Origin: Smithella sp.
GTDB lineage: Bacteria > Desulfobacterota > Syntrophia > Syntrophales > Smithellaceae
Length of the DNA stretch: 64,000 nucleotides
Assembly: GCA_035524255.1 (NCBI GenBank)
Contig: DATKPG010000002.1
Span: forward strand, 92,192-156,191
Direction: 5' to 3'
Below are positions 39,881 through 49,715 of this stretch, piece after piece. The first letter of the stretch is position 1, and the number at the start of each line of letters is the position of its first letter. The notes beneath the pieces are model-generated. The model made no database searches and was not told where the DNA came from. It saw nothing but the letters and a program-made list of their open reading frames with translations. The position numbers and the translations under genes were made by a program.

Positions 39881-40483
39881 ATGACTACCGAGAAACCAGT
39901 AATGCCAGAAAAATTAAAAGAACGACTGTATCCCGTAGTTTTACGACAATTTTCCATGAAAGATTTCCACGCAGTCAATATACGCGATATATCGAAAGAA
40001 AGTGGAATCAGTTCAGGGACAATATATAAATATTATTTTTCCAAAGAAGACCTTCTTTTTTCAATTATTGATGAAAAATTGCGTAATCTGGCGTCATTGT
40101 TGAGGATGCATATTGCAGGAATCGAAGATATACGTGAAATGTTCAGAAAGTTGTTCTGGGTCACGATGAATTTCTTTGACGAAAACCCCGATCTTGCGAT
40201 TACGGAATTTATTACGGTCCCCTTGAAAAGCTTTATGGCCAGCAAATCTTATAAAAGAGAATCGGAGATAGATATATTAAATGAAATAGTCGAGAAAGCA
40301 AAGAAAAAGGGAGCGGTTATATCAGATATTGAAAACAATTATTTTGTCGATCTTTACATGATGATAACCCAGAGGCAAATACAAAACTGGTATGTCCATG
40401 GAATGAAATGGAAACTTGCCGATACAATAAATAATTTTTTCGATTTCTTCTGGAAAGTGGTGGCTCCTTTGAGAGTAAAATAA
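39881..40483 (+). CDS. TetR/AcrR family transcriptional regulator
   Basis: N-terminal HTH 'VNIRDISKESGISSGTIYKYYFSKEDLL'. Confidence 0.9.
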   Translation: MTTEKPVMPEKLKERLYPVVLRQFSMKDFHAVNIRDISKESGISSGTIYKYYFSKEDLLFSIIDEKLRNLASLLRMHIAGIEDIREMFRKLFWVTMNFFDENPDLAITEFITVPLKSFMASKSYKRESEIDILNEIVEKAKKKGAVISDIENNYFVDLYMMITQRQIQNWYVHGMKWKLADTINNFFDFFWKVVAPLRVK

Positions 40484-40596
40484 TCGCCGTGATAATTATT
40501 ATTAAAAGGCAAATATTAAATATATAATAAATACAATAATATACAGAATATTGATTCTGTAATTATAATAAATTTACTATTGCATGGAGATGCTCA

Positions 40597-42774
40597 ATGG
40601 AAAAGATGGATATTCTGGAACAAGCTAAATCTCAAAAACGAACAACATTAACGGAGGCGGAAGCAAAGGAAGTTTTAAAACAATATGGCATTCCGGTAGT
40701 TGAAGAAAAAAACGTCCATACTATAGAAGAAGCAGAAATTGCAGCGGAACAATCAGGGTATCCTGTTGTTGTAAAAGGCTTGGGATACCGTCTAACGCAT
40801 AAAACAGAAAGAGGTTTGGTTAAACTGAGTTTAAAAAACAAGGAAGATGTGCGTTCTGCGGCAATAGATATAAAGGAAGCTGCCGGAAATGATTTAGAAG
40901 GTTTTTTAATTCAGCCGATGCTTGACGGAAAAAGAGAGTTTGTTGCCGGGCTTTTCCGCGACAAGCAGTTTGGCGCTACGATTATGTTTGGATTAGGCGG
41001 GATTTTTACAGAAGCAATTGGGGATGTTGTCTTTCGTTTGGCGCCTCTTGATGAAAATGAAGCGCGAAAAATGATTGACGAACTGCATGCCCGGAAATTA
41101 CTTGGCGCGTTTCGCGGGGAGAATGTCCCGGATAAAGACGCGTTGATTAAAACGCTTGTAGGTCTGTCCAGAATAGGCATGGAAATACCGGATATAAAGG
41201 AAGTAGATATTAATCCATTACTGGTGACTGCTGAGGGCAAGGTCACGGCGGTTGATGCCTTGATAGTTTTAGGAAAAACAACAGATCAAAAAGAACCGCC
41301 TTTGCCGATAGATCCTAAAAGTATCGGAAATTTATTATATCCGAAATCGATTGCCTTTGTCGGCGCGTCTGCAAATATTAGCAAATGGGGACATTTATTA
41401 TTTTCTAATGTTATTGCGGGAAAATACCAGGGCAAAGTTTATCTTGTGAATCCACAAGGAAAAAATATCGCCGGCACTAAAGTTTTTAAATCCGTAACTG
41501 ACATTCCTGATGTGGTAGACCTTGCTGTTGTTACGGTCCCCGCAGACAAGGTTTTATCTTTAATACCTGAATTTGAAACAAAAGGGATAAAAAATGTATT
41601 GCTTATATCTTCCGGATTCGGAGAAACAGGGGCGCAAGGCAAAATTTTAGAAGATGAACTGGTAGAAAAAGCGCGGAAAGCAGGAATTTTAATTTTAGGT
41701 CCTAATACGATGGGAATATGTAATCCTTATATATCTCTTTATTGCACCGGTCCCCATGTTAGACCCGTTGCAGGAAGCACTGTTTTGCTTGCACAGTCCG
41801 GTAATCTGGGTACGCAGATATTGGCATTTGCCGTAAAAGAAGATATAGGAATACGCGCTTTTTGCGGGTCAGGCAATGAAGCGATGATTACCATCGAAGA
41901 TTACATGGATGGGTTTGAAATTGATGAAATGACCAAAACGGTGGTCCTGTACGTTGAAAGCATTAAAAATGGCCGTAGATTTTTTGAATCAGCAAAGCGC
42001 GTTGGAAAAAGAAAACCGGTTATTGTCTTAAAGGGAGGCAGGACATCTGCAGGCGCCAATGCTGCAGCCAGCCATACCGGAGCAATGGCCTCTGATGTTA
42101 AGGTATTTATGGCTGCTTGCCGCCAGGCAGGTATTGTGCAAGCAGAAATCCCTATGGACCTGCTGGATTTTTCGGCGGCATTTTCTTCATTGCCTTTACC
42201 CAAAGGCAATAAAGTTGGTCTTTTGACTTTAGGGGGAGGATGGGGTGTTGTCGCGTCAGATTTATGCGAGGAAAATGGTTTAATAGTGCCAAAATTGTCT
42301 GAAGGAGTAATAGCAAGCATTGATAAATTATTACCGCCATTCTGGAGTCATGCTAATCCAGTAGATGTTGTGGGTGATATGAATGCAGAAACATATATGA
42401 AGATTCTCGAAGAACTGATTCGATCTCCGGAATGTGATGCGATAATACATATGGGCATTATAGGAAGACAACTTATGGTAAAAGCGACAATAGAATCAAC
42501 TATTGTGGTAGATAAGAAATATGATTCTAAATTTCTGGAAGATTCTTTGCGTTATTTGGAAAATTTTGAAAAGCAGACAATTAATCTGACCGTTCAATTG
42601 ATGGAAAAATATAATAAACCGATAATCGGAGTTTATTTACTAAATGATGATAAAACGCGAATGATCACTAATGTAAATGACTACAAATATAAGGGCGTAA
42701 ACTTTATTACACCTGAGAGAGCGGTTAAATCACTGGCCAAAATGTACCAATATTCAAAATGGTTGAATGGTTAA
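40597..42774 (+). CDS. ADP-forming acyl-/acetyl-CoA synthetase, fused beta(ATP-grasp)-alpha(CoA-binding/ligase) order
   Basis: The N-terminal 230 aa are an ATP-grasp ('GYPVVVKG...', 'VDINPLLV'). They are followed by 'SIAFVGAS...KWGH', 'GPNTMG' and 'ASHTGAMAS' (phosphohistidine loop). Confidence 0.85.
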   Translation: MEKMDILEQAKSQKRTTLTEAEAKEVLKQYGIPVVEEKNVHTIEEAEIAAEQSGYPVVVKGLGYRLTHKTERGLVKLSLKNKEDVRSAAIDIKEAAGNDLEGFLIQPMLDGKREFVAGLFRDKQFGATIMFGLGGIFTEAIGDVVFRLAPLDENEARKMIDELHARKLLGAFRGENVPDKDALIKTLVGLSRIGMEIPDIKEVDINPLLVTAEGKVTAVDALIVLGKTTDQKEPPLPIDPKSIGNLLYPKSIAFVGASANISKWGHLLFSNVIAGKYQGKVYLVNPQGKNIAGTKVFKSVTDIPDVVDLAVVTVPADKVLSLIPEFETKGIKNVLLISSGFGETGAQGKILEDELVEKARKAGILILGPNTMGICNPYISLYCTGPHVRPVAGSTVLLAQSGNLGTQILAFAVKEDIGIRAFCGSGNEAMITIEDYMDGFEIDEMTKTVVLYVESIKNGRRFFESAKRVGKRKPVIVLKGGRTSAGANAAASHTGAMASDVKVFMAACRQAGIVQAEIPMDLLDFSAAFSSLPLPKGNKVGLLTLGGGWGVVASDLCEENGLIVPKLSEGVIASIDKLLPPFWSHANPVDVVGDMNAETYMKILEELIRSPECDAIIHMGIIGRQLMVKATIESTIVVDKKYDSKFLEDSLRYLENFEKQTINLTVQLMEKYNKPIIGVYLLNDDKTRMITNVNDYKYKGVNFITPERAVKSLAKMYQYSKWLNG

Positions 42775-42788
42775 AACGATCAAGATTA

Positions 42789-42804
42789 GAAGGTGAATGT
42801 TTCA
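42789..42804. promoter_or_regulatory. parS centromere site, perfect consensus TGTTTCACGTGAAACA
   Basis: Exact 16-mer; the palindrome extends to 20 bp (aatgtttcacgtgaaacatt). It sits in the spacer between convergent genes. Confidence 0.85.
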
Positions 42805-42836
42805 CGTGAAACATTTCATCAAAAGGTAAATCACGA

Positions 42837-42868
42837 AAAAGGCAGATATTAAGAGTCTGCCTTTTTTA
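42837..42868. terminator. bidirectional rho-independent terminator (acs / htrA)
   Basis: gaaaaAGGCAGAtattaagagTCTGCCTttttt. Confidence 0.8.
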
Positions 42869-42893
42869 TGTAATTAGTTATAGATTGATCTTT

Positions 42894-44354
42894 CTATTCT
42901 AAGTGCAATCCGACAAAGAAATTTGAATTACCGCGTTTGATTAAAAGGATCACACTTTTCTTTTCGGCAGCCTTGCTCATTTCCGTGGAGAACTGTTTCA
43001 AGGATGCTATTTTTATTTTATTGACCTGCACAATTACATCATTTTGCTGAATGCCGACATCATCAGCAGGACTCCCCTCTTCTACATCTGTGACAATTAC
43101 GCCGGTATTATTGGGAAGTCCTAATTGTTTGGCAAGTCCTTTATTGATTTCCTGAGCATTAATGCCGAAATATCCGCCTGATTTCTTTGCCAGTGCTGTT
43201 TCCGGTTTGTCCTTGCGCTCCGTCACAATAACTTGAAAGGATATTTCTTTACCGTCGCGCAATGCCTTAATGGTTGCCTTTTCGCCGACATGCAAAGAAG
43301 CCGTGGTCAAAAGCAAATCATGAGTGTCTTTTATAGACTTTCCGTTTATTTCTGTAATTATATCTCCCACATTAATACCCGCTTTATCGGCTGGATCACC
43401 TTTAAAGACATCGGACACTAAAACTCCATTTTTGCCTTTATAATTCATATTTTTTGCTATATCTTCTGAAATGTCCTGTATGGAGATGCCTAGCCATCCG
43501 CGAGTCACTTTCCCTTTTGTTTTCAGATCTTCCAAAATACTTTTTGCCATATTAATCGGTATGGCAAAACCTATTCCCTGCCCCTGGGCAACTATTGCCG
43601 TGTTAATGGCGATAACTTTTCCCTGCATATTAAACAAAGGTCCGCCGCTGTTACCCGGATTAATAGACGCATCTGTTTGAATAAAATTATCATAAGCGCC
43701 GGCTCCAATGACACGGCCTTTAGCGCTCACTATGCCAGCGGTGACAGTTTGTTCCAAACCAAAAGGATTTCCTATAGCAATAACCCATTCACCCACTCTC
43801 ACGACATCAGAGTCGCCAAGCGCCACTGTCGGCAGGCCATTCTCCGGCTTAATTTTGATTAAAGCGATATCTGTTTTGGGGTCTGCCCCTATGATTTTTG
43901 CTTCATATTCCTTGCCATCGGATATTTTTACCAGAATTTTATCCGTATTTTCCACCACATGATTGTTGGTGAAAATGTATCCGTCATTGCTTATAATAAA
44001 ACCGGACCCGAGGCTTCTTTGTTTAAAATCGCGCTGAGGCATATCACCAAAAAAGCGGTTAAAGAAATCATCTCCGAAATAATCATTAAAAGGCGACCGG
44101 CCAAAATGATTACCCAGGCCCCTTCCTTTAAATGTTTTTGTTGTGCTTATATTGACAACTGCCGGTTTAACTCGTTCAGCCAGATCTGAAAAAGAAGCAG
44201 GAATAGTCGCTTCTATTGCAGAAGCTGCCGGAATTTCCGGCGCTCCTGAAGGTATAAGAGAAGACCTCAGAACCTCCACAAGAGAAATAATAAAAAAGGC
44301 GACCAAAAACGCCATTAAGAACATAAAAAATGTTTTGCGGTTTTTGTTTTCCAT
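42894..44354 (-). CDS. htrA: periplasmic serine endoprotease DegP/HtrA (Do family, two PDZ domains)
   Basis: Signal anchor. Triad context 'TNNHVV', 'DIALIK' and 'GNSGGPL'. Two PDZ repeats. ATG at 44354 with SD GGAGGG. Confidence 0.93.
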   Translation of the reverse strand: MENKNRKTFFMFLMAFLVAFFIISLVEVLRSSLIPSGAPEIPAASAIEATIPASFSDLAERVKPAVVNISTTKTFKGRGLGNHFGRSPFNDYFGDDFFNRFFGDMPQRDFKQRSLGSGFIISNDGYIFTNNHVVENTDKILVKISDGKEYEAKIIGADPKTDIALIKIKPENGLPTVALGDSDVVRVGEWVIAIGNPFGLEQTVTAGIVSAKGRVIGAGAYDNFIQTDASINPGNSGGPLFNMQGKVIAINTAIVAQGQGIGFAIPINMAKSILEDLKTKGKVTRGWLGISIQDISEDIAKNMNYKGKNGVLVSDVFKGDPADKAGINVGDIITEINGKSIKDTHDLLLTTASLHVGEKATIKALRDGKEISFQVIVTERKDKPETALAKKSGGYFGINAQEINKGLAKQLGLPNNTGVIVTDVEEGSPADDVGIQQNDVIVQVNKIKIASLKQFSTEMSKAAEKKSVILLIKRGNSNFFVGLHLE

Positions 44355-44535
44355 ATTACCCTCCACAACGTTGATGAAAATTGTAGTTAAAATTACTTAA
44401 CAATTTCGAATACTATAATAATAAAAATTTTTTTGTCAATGAAATATTGTTTGATTTTGGCTATTTGAAGTTAAATCGTCAAAAACTTAAGATTCTTTTT
44501 CTGAACAGGCGAAGGCAATGTGTTGACTATGCAAT

Positions 44536-45309
44536 TCAAAGTTTATAAACTTCAGCATGGCAGTATTCTTTGAAGCCGGCTCGCAGGTAAATCTTCGCCC
44601 CCTGAGGTGTTGCTTGTAAAGTTACATCTTTAAAACCGGATTCTTTAGCGGATTGCATTGCGGCCTGAGTGATTCTCATACCGCATCCTTTATTTCTGCT
44701 GGCAGGAAGAGTGGATACATAATATATTCCCGCTGAATTTTTAAAAGTGAAAAGTAGTGAGGCAGCTGCCGGCACTCCATCGAGATATGCAATAAAAAGC
44801 TTTTGTGGAGATTGCGCGCCAAGCTCAAACGAAGAAACAAAAGCCCCATACTGTTCTTTGGCACGCAGGGGCATTTCAAAGCCGTGGAAGGAAATAGCTT
44901 CCCATATCCGCAAATCGTTTTTGTTTTTAACCTCGGATATTTTTATATTGTCCGGAAAATGCCTGCCTGACAAAGAATCGTTTAAATCCGCCGCCATACA
45001 GGGAATTTTTTCAATCAAGCGCAAGCCCTCATCCTCTAATATGCTTTGGGTTTCGGATGATTGTCCGCTGGGATATACCCACCACCAGAAACGCAGATTT
45101 AATTTTTTGTAATATTCTTTGATTACCGGGATGAACTTTGCGTCATCTTTGCCTAAAGGCTTTTCATTCCAGACCCAGTTAATATCGGAAATGGTTACGC
45201 CAGTGTTCATTGCGCATATTGATTCATTCTGCGTCAAAGAAGAATTTAAACTTCCCCAGTAACGGCTGACGGCAAAAAAATTTTCTTCAATATGTTTTAT
45301 GAAATCCAT
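44536..45309 (-). CDS. GNAT family N-acetyltransferase (two-lobed, 257 aa)
   Basis: C-terminal 'YYVSTLPASRNKGCGMRITQAAM' is an acetyl-CoA motif A-like segment. The start abuts the pdxT stop. Confidence 0.7.
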   Translation of the reverse strand: MDFIKHIEENFFAVSRYWGSLNSSLTQNESICAMNTGVTISDINWVWNEKPLGKDDAKFIPVIKEYYKKLNLRFWWWVYPSGQSSETQSILEDEGLRLIEKIPCMAADLNDSLSGRHFPDNIKISEVKNKNDLRIWEAISFHGFEMPLRAKEQYGAFVSSFELGAQSPQKLFIAYLDGVPAAASLLFTFKNSAGIYYVSTLPASRNKGCGMRITQAAMQSAKESGFKDVTLQATPQGAKIYLRAGFKEYCHAEVYKL

Positions 45310-45984
45310 TTAAACAATGCCGGCATGCTTTGTCCAACTTGAACTTTTCCAAAGGGGATCAATATCCTCATAGCTATTAATCGCTGGTATCACACCGCAT
45401 TTTATGGCAAAATAACGATGCAGGGCAAGGCTTTCGGTTAATTCCGGATGAAATACGGTAACCAAAATAGATTCATTTTCAGCCGCCGCAATGTAATCGT
45501 CAATTTTGAGAAGAATATTAACATCAGTGCCCACATTTATGATTTTAGGAGCGCGAATAAAAGTCAGGGGTATTGGTTTAGCGGAAACATCAGGAATCAA
45601 AGCTTCACTCACAAAACTATCAAGTTGACTGCCAAAACTATTGCGTTCAATAGTCATATTGATCAAACCAAGGCAGGCAATGTCACCAACGATTTTCTTT
45701 GCCAGCAAAATTGCTCCCGCGCAAGTGCCCCAGATTTTCATTCCCCGTCGATGTGCGCCAAGCAATATATCCCTGATTTCAAAAATATTAAGAAGTCTGG
45801 AAATACAGGAACTCTCACCACCGGGAATAATCAATCCCGCCAGGTTCGCAAAGTCTTCCGCCTGCTTTACTCTTGAATAAGCGATACCTAACCTCTCCAG
45901 ATGTTCCAGATGCTCATGTACTCCGCCTTGCAGATCCAGAACGCCAATTACAGATGGTTTATCACTTACTAAACTCAAAGCCAT
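45310..45984 (-). CDS. pdxT: pyridoxal 5'-phosphate synthase glutaminase subunit PdxT
   Basis: 'IIPGGESS', nucleophile 'GTCAGAILLA' and 'FHPELT'. Confidence 0.9.
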   Translation of the reverse strand: MALSLVSDKPSVIGVLDLQGGVHEHLEHLERLGIAYSRVKQAEDFANLAGLIIPGGESSCISRLLNIFEIRDILLGAHRRGMKIWGTCAGAILLAKKIVGDIACLGLINMTIERNSFGSQLDSFVSEALIPDVSAKPIPLTFIRAPKIINVGTDVNILLKIDDYIAAAENESILVTVFHPELTESLALHRYFAIKCGVIPAINSYEDIDPLWKSSSWTKHAGIV

Positions 45985-45990
45985 AAAAAA

Positions 45991-46872
45991 TTACCAGCCC
46001 CGCCCTGCCAGTATTTGTTCGGGCGGTATTTGAGAAATTTCCAAGCCGGGCATGGCTTCACCCAGATCCATCGAAGCTTCCAGAACTTTTTGAGGATCAT
46101 TAAAATATGCTGTCGCCTTGACGATCGCTCTTGCCCGTTTCGCCGGGTCTGCCGATTTGAAAATACCGGAGCCGACAAAAACACCATCGCAGCCCAATTG
46201 CATCATTAAAGCCGCATCTGCCGGTGTGGCTATGCCGCCTGCCGCAAAATTAACGACCGGCAAACGACCTAACTCCTTGACTTTTAAGGCTAATTCGTAT
46301 GGAAGACCGTTGGTTTTGGCAAATCCGGTGACTTCTTCCACAGGCATCTGAATAAGCTGACGGATTTCACGGTTCATGGTTCTCATGTGGCGGACAGCCT
46401 CAACAACATTCCCTGTTCCCGCCTCACCTTTTGTGCGGATCATGGCCGCGCCTTCGGCGATTCTTCTGAGGGCTTCTCCCAGGTTGCGTGCGCCGCATAC
46501 AAAAGGAATTGAAAATTTTGTCTTGTCAATATGGCATTCTTCATCTGCCGGTGTCAAAACTTCACTCTCATCTATATAATCTATACGCAGGGCTTCCAGT
46601 ATTTGAGCTTCCACAAAATGGCCAATGCGAGCTTTGGCCATCACCGGAATGGTTACGGCTTTTTTTATGGCGGCAATCATCGAAGGATCAGACATCCTCG
46701 CCACACCTCCGTCCTTGCGAATATCCGCGGGGACTCTCTCCAGAGCCATCACCGATACCGCTCCCGCCTCTTCCGCGATTTTTGCCTGCTCTACATTTGT
46801 TACATCCATGATGACGCCGCCTTTGAGCATCTGCGCCAACTGGACATTTAATTCATATCTTTTCGCATCCAC
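45991..46872 (-). CDS. pdxS: pyridoxal 5'-phosphate synthase lyase subunit PdxS
   Basis: '[12 protein letters not shown]', '[10 protein letters not shown]' and '[14 protein letters not shown]'. GTG start with SD GGAGG. Confidence 0.95.
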   Translation of the reverse strand: MDAKRYELNVQLAQMLKGGVIMDVTNVEQAKIAEEAGAVSVMALERVPADIRKDGGVARMSDPSMIAAIKKAVTIPVMAKARIGHFVEAQILEALRIDYIDESEVLTPADEECHIDKTKFSIPFVCGARNLGEALRRIAEGAAMIRTKGEAGTGNVVEAVRHMRTMNREIRQLIQMPVEEVTGFAKTNGLPYELALKVKELGRLPVVNFAAGGIATPADAALMMQLGCDGVFVGSGIFKSADPAKRARAIVKATAYFNDPQKVLEASMDLGEAMPGLEISQIPPEQILAGRGW

Positions 46873-46945
46873 TGAAATCGCCTCCTAACTTAAAACATTA
46901 TTATAATACTTCATCATCGCGTTGCATAGCTAAAAAAAAATCTAG

Positions 46946-47725
46946 CTACCAAAGCATTCTCGTTTTGATTTGCTTATTGTTTAAATATTGTTTGATTTCA
47001 TTAATTGTATAGGTACGGTAATGCACCATGGATGCGATCAGAGCCGCGTCCGCATTGCCTTTCGTTAATACTTCCGCCAAATGTTCGGGCACTCCGGCGC
47101 CTCCGGAAGCGATAACAGGAATCCGCACATTATCGGAAATAAGTGCAGTTAAATTCAACTCGTAGCCTGTTTGCGTGCCGTCAGCATCAATGGAATTAAG
47201 GCAAATTTCACCAGCGCCGAGTCTCTGTCCTTCCTTTGCCCACCACAAAGCATCAATGCCGGTAAATTTTCTGCCGCCATGTATTACGACTTCATAGCCC
47301 GAAGGAATTTTAGCGCATACATCCACTTTTTTTACGTCCATACCGAGCACAACACACTGGCTACCGAATGCTTTGGCTCCCTCAGTTATAATTTTCGGGT
47401 CATCCACTGCGGCGGAATTAACGCTGATTTTTTCCGCTCCAGCCAGGATCACGCGGCGCATGTCGTCTACATTACGGATTCCGCCGCCTACGGAAAAAGG
47501 TATAAAAATCGTTTCCGCCACGCGCCTCACCACGTCAATCATAATGTTGCGCTCGTCGGATGAAGCCGTAATATCATAAAAAACAATTTCGTCCGCGCCC
47601 TGCTCATAATATTCCCGCGCGGCTTCCACCGGATCGCCGATATCCACATTGCCTTTGAATTTTATGCCCTTGGTGAGCAAACCCGCGCGTACGTCCAGGC
47701 AAGGAATTATCCTTTTACTAAGCAT
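46946..47725 (-). CDS. hisF: imidazole glycerol phosphate synthase cyclase subunit HisF
   Basis: 'RIIPCLDV', '[13 protein letters not shown]' and 'SVGGGIR'. Confidence 0.93.
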   Translation of the reverse strand: MLSKRIIPCLDVRAGLLTKGIKFKGNVDIGDPVEAAREYYEQGADEIVFYDITASSDERNIMIDVVRRVAETIFIPFSVGGGIRNVDDMRRVILAGAEKISVNSAAVDDPKIITEGAKAFGSQCVVLGMDVKKVDVCAKIPSGYEVVIHGGRKFTGIDALWWAKEGQRLGAGEICLNSIDADGTQTGYELNLTALISDNVRIPVIASGGAGVPEHLAEVLTKGNADAALIASMVHYRTYTINEIKQYLNNKQIKTRMLW

Positions 47726-47851
47726 GACGGCCTCGCAAAAAATCTATATGCTGTGTTGCGCTTCGTCCCTCGTTGTTGCGGCGTACACAAAAGTACGCCT
47801 CACTCCTCGGGTCTTGCGCGCCTTGCATCTGGAGCTTTTTGCAAGGTCGTC
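47726..47851 (+). repeat. intergenic imperfect-palindrome repeat, copy D (126 bp) in the hisH-hisF spacer
   Basis: The termini 'gacggcctcgcaaaaaa' and 'tttttgcaaggtcgtc' are reverse complements with 2 mismatches. The core is 'gcggcgtacacaaaagtacgcctca'. 'ttgcgcgccttgcatctg' is identical to copy B. Confidence 0.65.
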
Positions 47852-47883
47852 CAACATTATATGGATTTTGATTATTCATAAAT

Positions 47884-48516
47884 TTACTTGGCAATGCCCC
47901 TCCACGCGCAGAAATTCTTTAAAATCTGTAAGCCGGGACGCCCGCTTTTTTCCGGGTGAAACTGCGTGGCCACAAGATTTTCTTTAGCCAGAACGGAGCA
48001 AAAATTCATACCGTATTCAGTTGTGCCTAAAACGGCCGCGTCATCAGACGGCGCCGGATAATAGGAATGCACAAAATAATATTCAGCCTCAGGCGAAATA
48101 TCCGCAAAAACCGGATGACTGCGCCGGAGGATAACTTTGTTCCAGCCCATGTGCGGAATCTTTAATACCGAACCATCAGATGCCAATTTATCGGGGAATC
48201 GTTTCGTTGAACCGGCAACAAGTCCAATGCAACTGGTATCATTTTCCTCGGAGTAATCCAGAATAATCTGAGTACCCAGACAAATGCCCAAAAGCGGCAG
48301 ACCTGTTTTAATGTAATGTTTCAGCCAGACATCAAGCTTTTTTTCCCGCAGATAAGCCATTGCTTCACCCGCCGCGCCGACACCCGGGAAAATTACACGT
48401 GATGCCGCTTCAAGTTTTTTGGGGTCATCCGTGATTACAAAATCCTGCCCGATTTTCTGCAGCGCACGCGCCACACTCGTGATGTTTCCGGCGTTATAAT
48501 TAATTATCGCTATCAT
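47884..48516 (-). CDS. hisH: imidazole glycerol phosphate synthase glutaminase subunit HisH
   Basis: 'MIAIINYNAGN', nucleophile 'GICLGTQ', 'HMGWN' and 'FVHSYY'. I preferred the ATG at 48516 over 48528. Confidence 0.92.
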   Translation of the reverse strand: MIAIINYNAGNITSVARALQKIGQDFVITDDPKKLEAASRVIFPGVGAAGEAMAYLREKKLDVWLKHYIKTGLPLLGICLGTQIILDYSEENDTSCIGLVAGSTKRFPDKLASDGSVLKIPHMGWNKVILRRSHPVFADISPEAEYYFVHSYYPAPSDDAAVLGTTEYGMNFCSVLAKENLVATQFHPEKSGRPGLQILKNFCAWRGIAK

Positions 48517-48579
48517 TTTTTCTCTCATCGGAAAACTTTAACATATATGCACTTAGCAATTTTTATGCTCAATTTACAA

Positions 48580-49521
48580 CTAAATTTTATCGTCGATGTA
48601 GTTTTTGCTTTGATAAGAATTACGCCGCTCCAACTCTTTATTAATTGAATTCAATACATCTAATTTATTCATTGCCCAGGCAGGCGCAAGAAAAATATCG
48701 CTGTAACCATCGGCAGTCAAGCGCTGAATCACCATTTCGGGCGGTAATATTTCCAAAATATCGGTTGTTAAGGAAACATATTTTTCTTTAGTCATCATAT
48801 TGATAATTCCCTTTTTATACATTTCGCCAAGCGCTGTTCCTTCCAGGGCCAGCAGGGAATGGATTTTGATGCCATTTACAGGCATTGCCGCTATGGTTTG
48901 TGCCGTGGTTAATACATCTTTGTCGTTTTCTTCCGGCAAGCCGATAATAATGTGAACGCAAATGTTTAAGCCAAGTCCTGTAAGACGATTCACCGCGTAG
49001 GAGAATTGCTCAAAATTATGTCCACGGTTGATACGTTGCAATGTCTTATCGTGAACAGATTGAAGCCCCAACTCCACCCAGACATGATTTTTTTTTGCGT
49101 AGTCGCCCAAAAGCTCAACGACGTCAGGGCCGAGGCAATCCGGCCTTGTGCCAATGGACAGGCCTATGACATCTTCCTGTGCCAGGGCTTCATCGTAGAG
49201 TGCGCGCAATTTTTCCACCGGAGCGTAAGTATTTGTAAATGTTTGGAAATAGGCGATGTATTTTGAGGCATGCGGTTTATAATATTTCTCGCCGATCCTG
49301 ATTTGTTCCGAGACGGAGGGCAGCTCTCCCTTTTGCCGCAACTTCGAGCCTCTCCCGTCGCAGTAAATACACCCACCCGAGGTTATGGAACCATCGCGGT
49401 TGGGGCAGGTAAATCCCGCGTCAATGGCTAATTTGTGGACATTACAGCCGAACAAATTACGCCAGTAGCTTTTTAGATCGTAATAATTTTTACTGTTTTT
49501 CCAAAAATCCGGTTTGGTCAA
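48580..49521 (-). CDS. radical SAM protein, TIGR01212 (YtqA/ELP3-like) family
   Basis: 'GFTCPNRDGSITSGGCIYCD' is the characteristic cluster motif of this family. TTG start. Confidence 0.8.
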   Translation of the reverse strand: MTKPDFWKNSKNYYDLKSYWRNLFGCNVHKLAIDAGFTCPNRDGSITSGGCIYCDGRGSKLRQKGELPSVSEQIRIGEKYYKPHASKYIAYFQTFTNTYAPVEKLRALYDEALAQEDVIGLSIGTRPDCLGPDVVELLGDYAKKNHVWVELGLQSVHDKTLQRINRGHNFEQFSYAVNRLTGLGLNICVHIIIGLPEENDKDVLTTAQTIAAMPVNGIKIHSLLALEGTALGEMYKKGIINMMTKEKYVSLTTDILEILPPEMVIQRLTADGYSDIFLAPAWAMNKLDVLNSINKELERRNSYQSKNYIDDKI

Positions 49522-49715
49522 AGCTGCCTCTTTTTTATGTTGTGTTTTTGCAATCTATGCCGTAAAAACCTTGTTATTCCCGCCTTCGCGAGGATGAAGT
49601 ATGGCGGGAATCCATAGATATCTTTTTCTATGAGAAACTTTTACTATTGATTTAATACAAGAGCAAGGGTTTGATTTGAGTGTTGTCGGGAGCGGGTAAT
49701 TTGCCTAATAACTTA

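Noticed and set aside
46015-46888. A cluster of plus-strand ORFs (64-107 aa) opposite pdxS.
   Set aside because: pdxS on the minus strand is unambiguous ([26 protein letters not shown]). The plus-strand ORFs are overlapping shadows.
47649-47987. A 112-aa plus-strand ORF crossing the hisF start, the repeat element and the hisH end.
   Set aside because: It is read through a non-coding repeat and antisense to two his genes. It has no SD.
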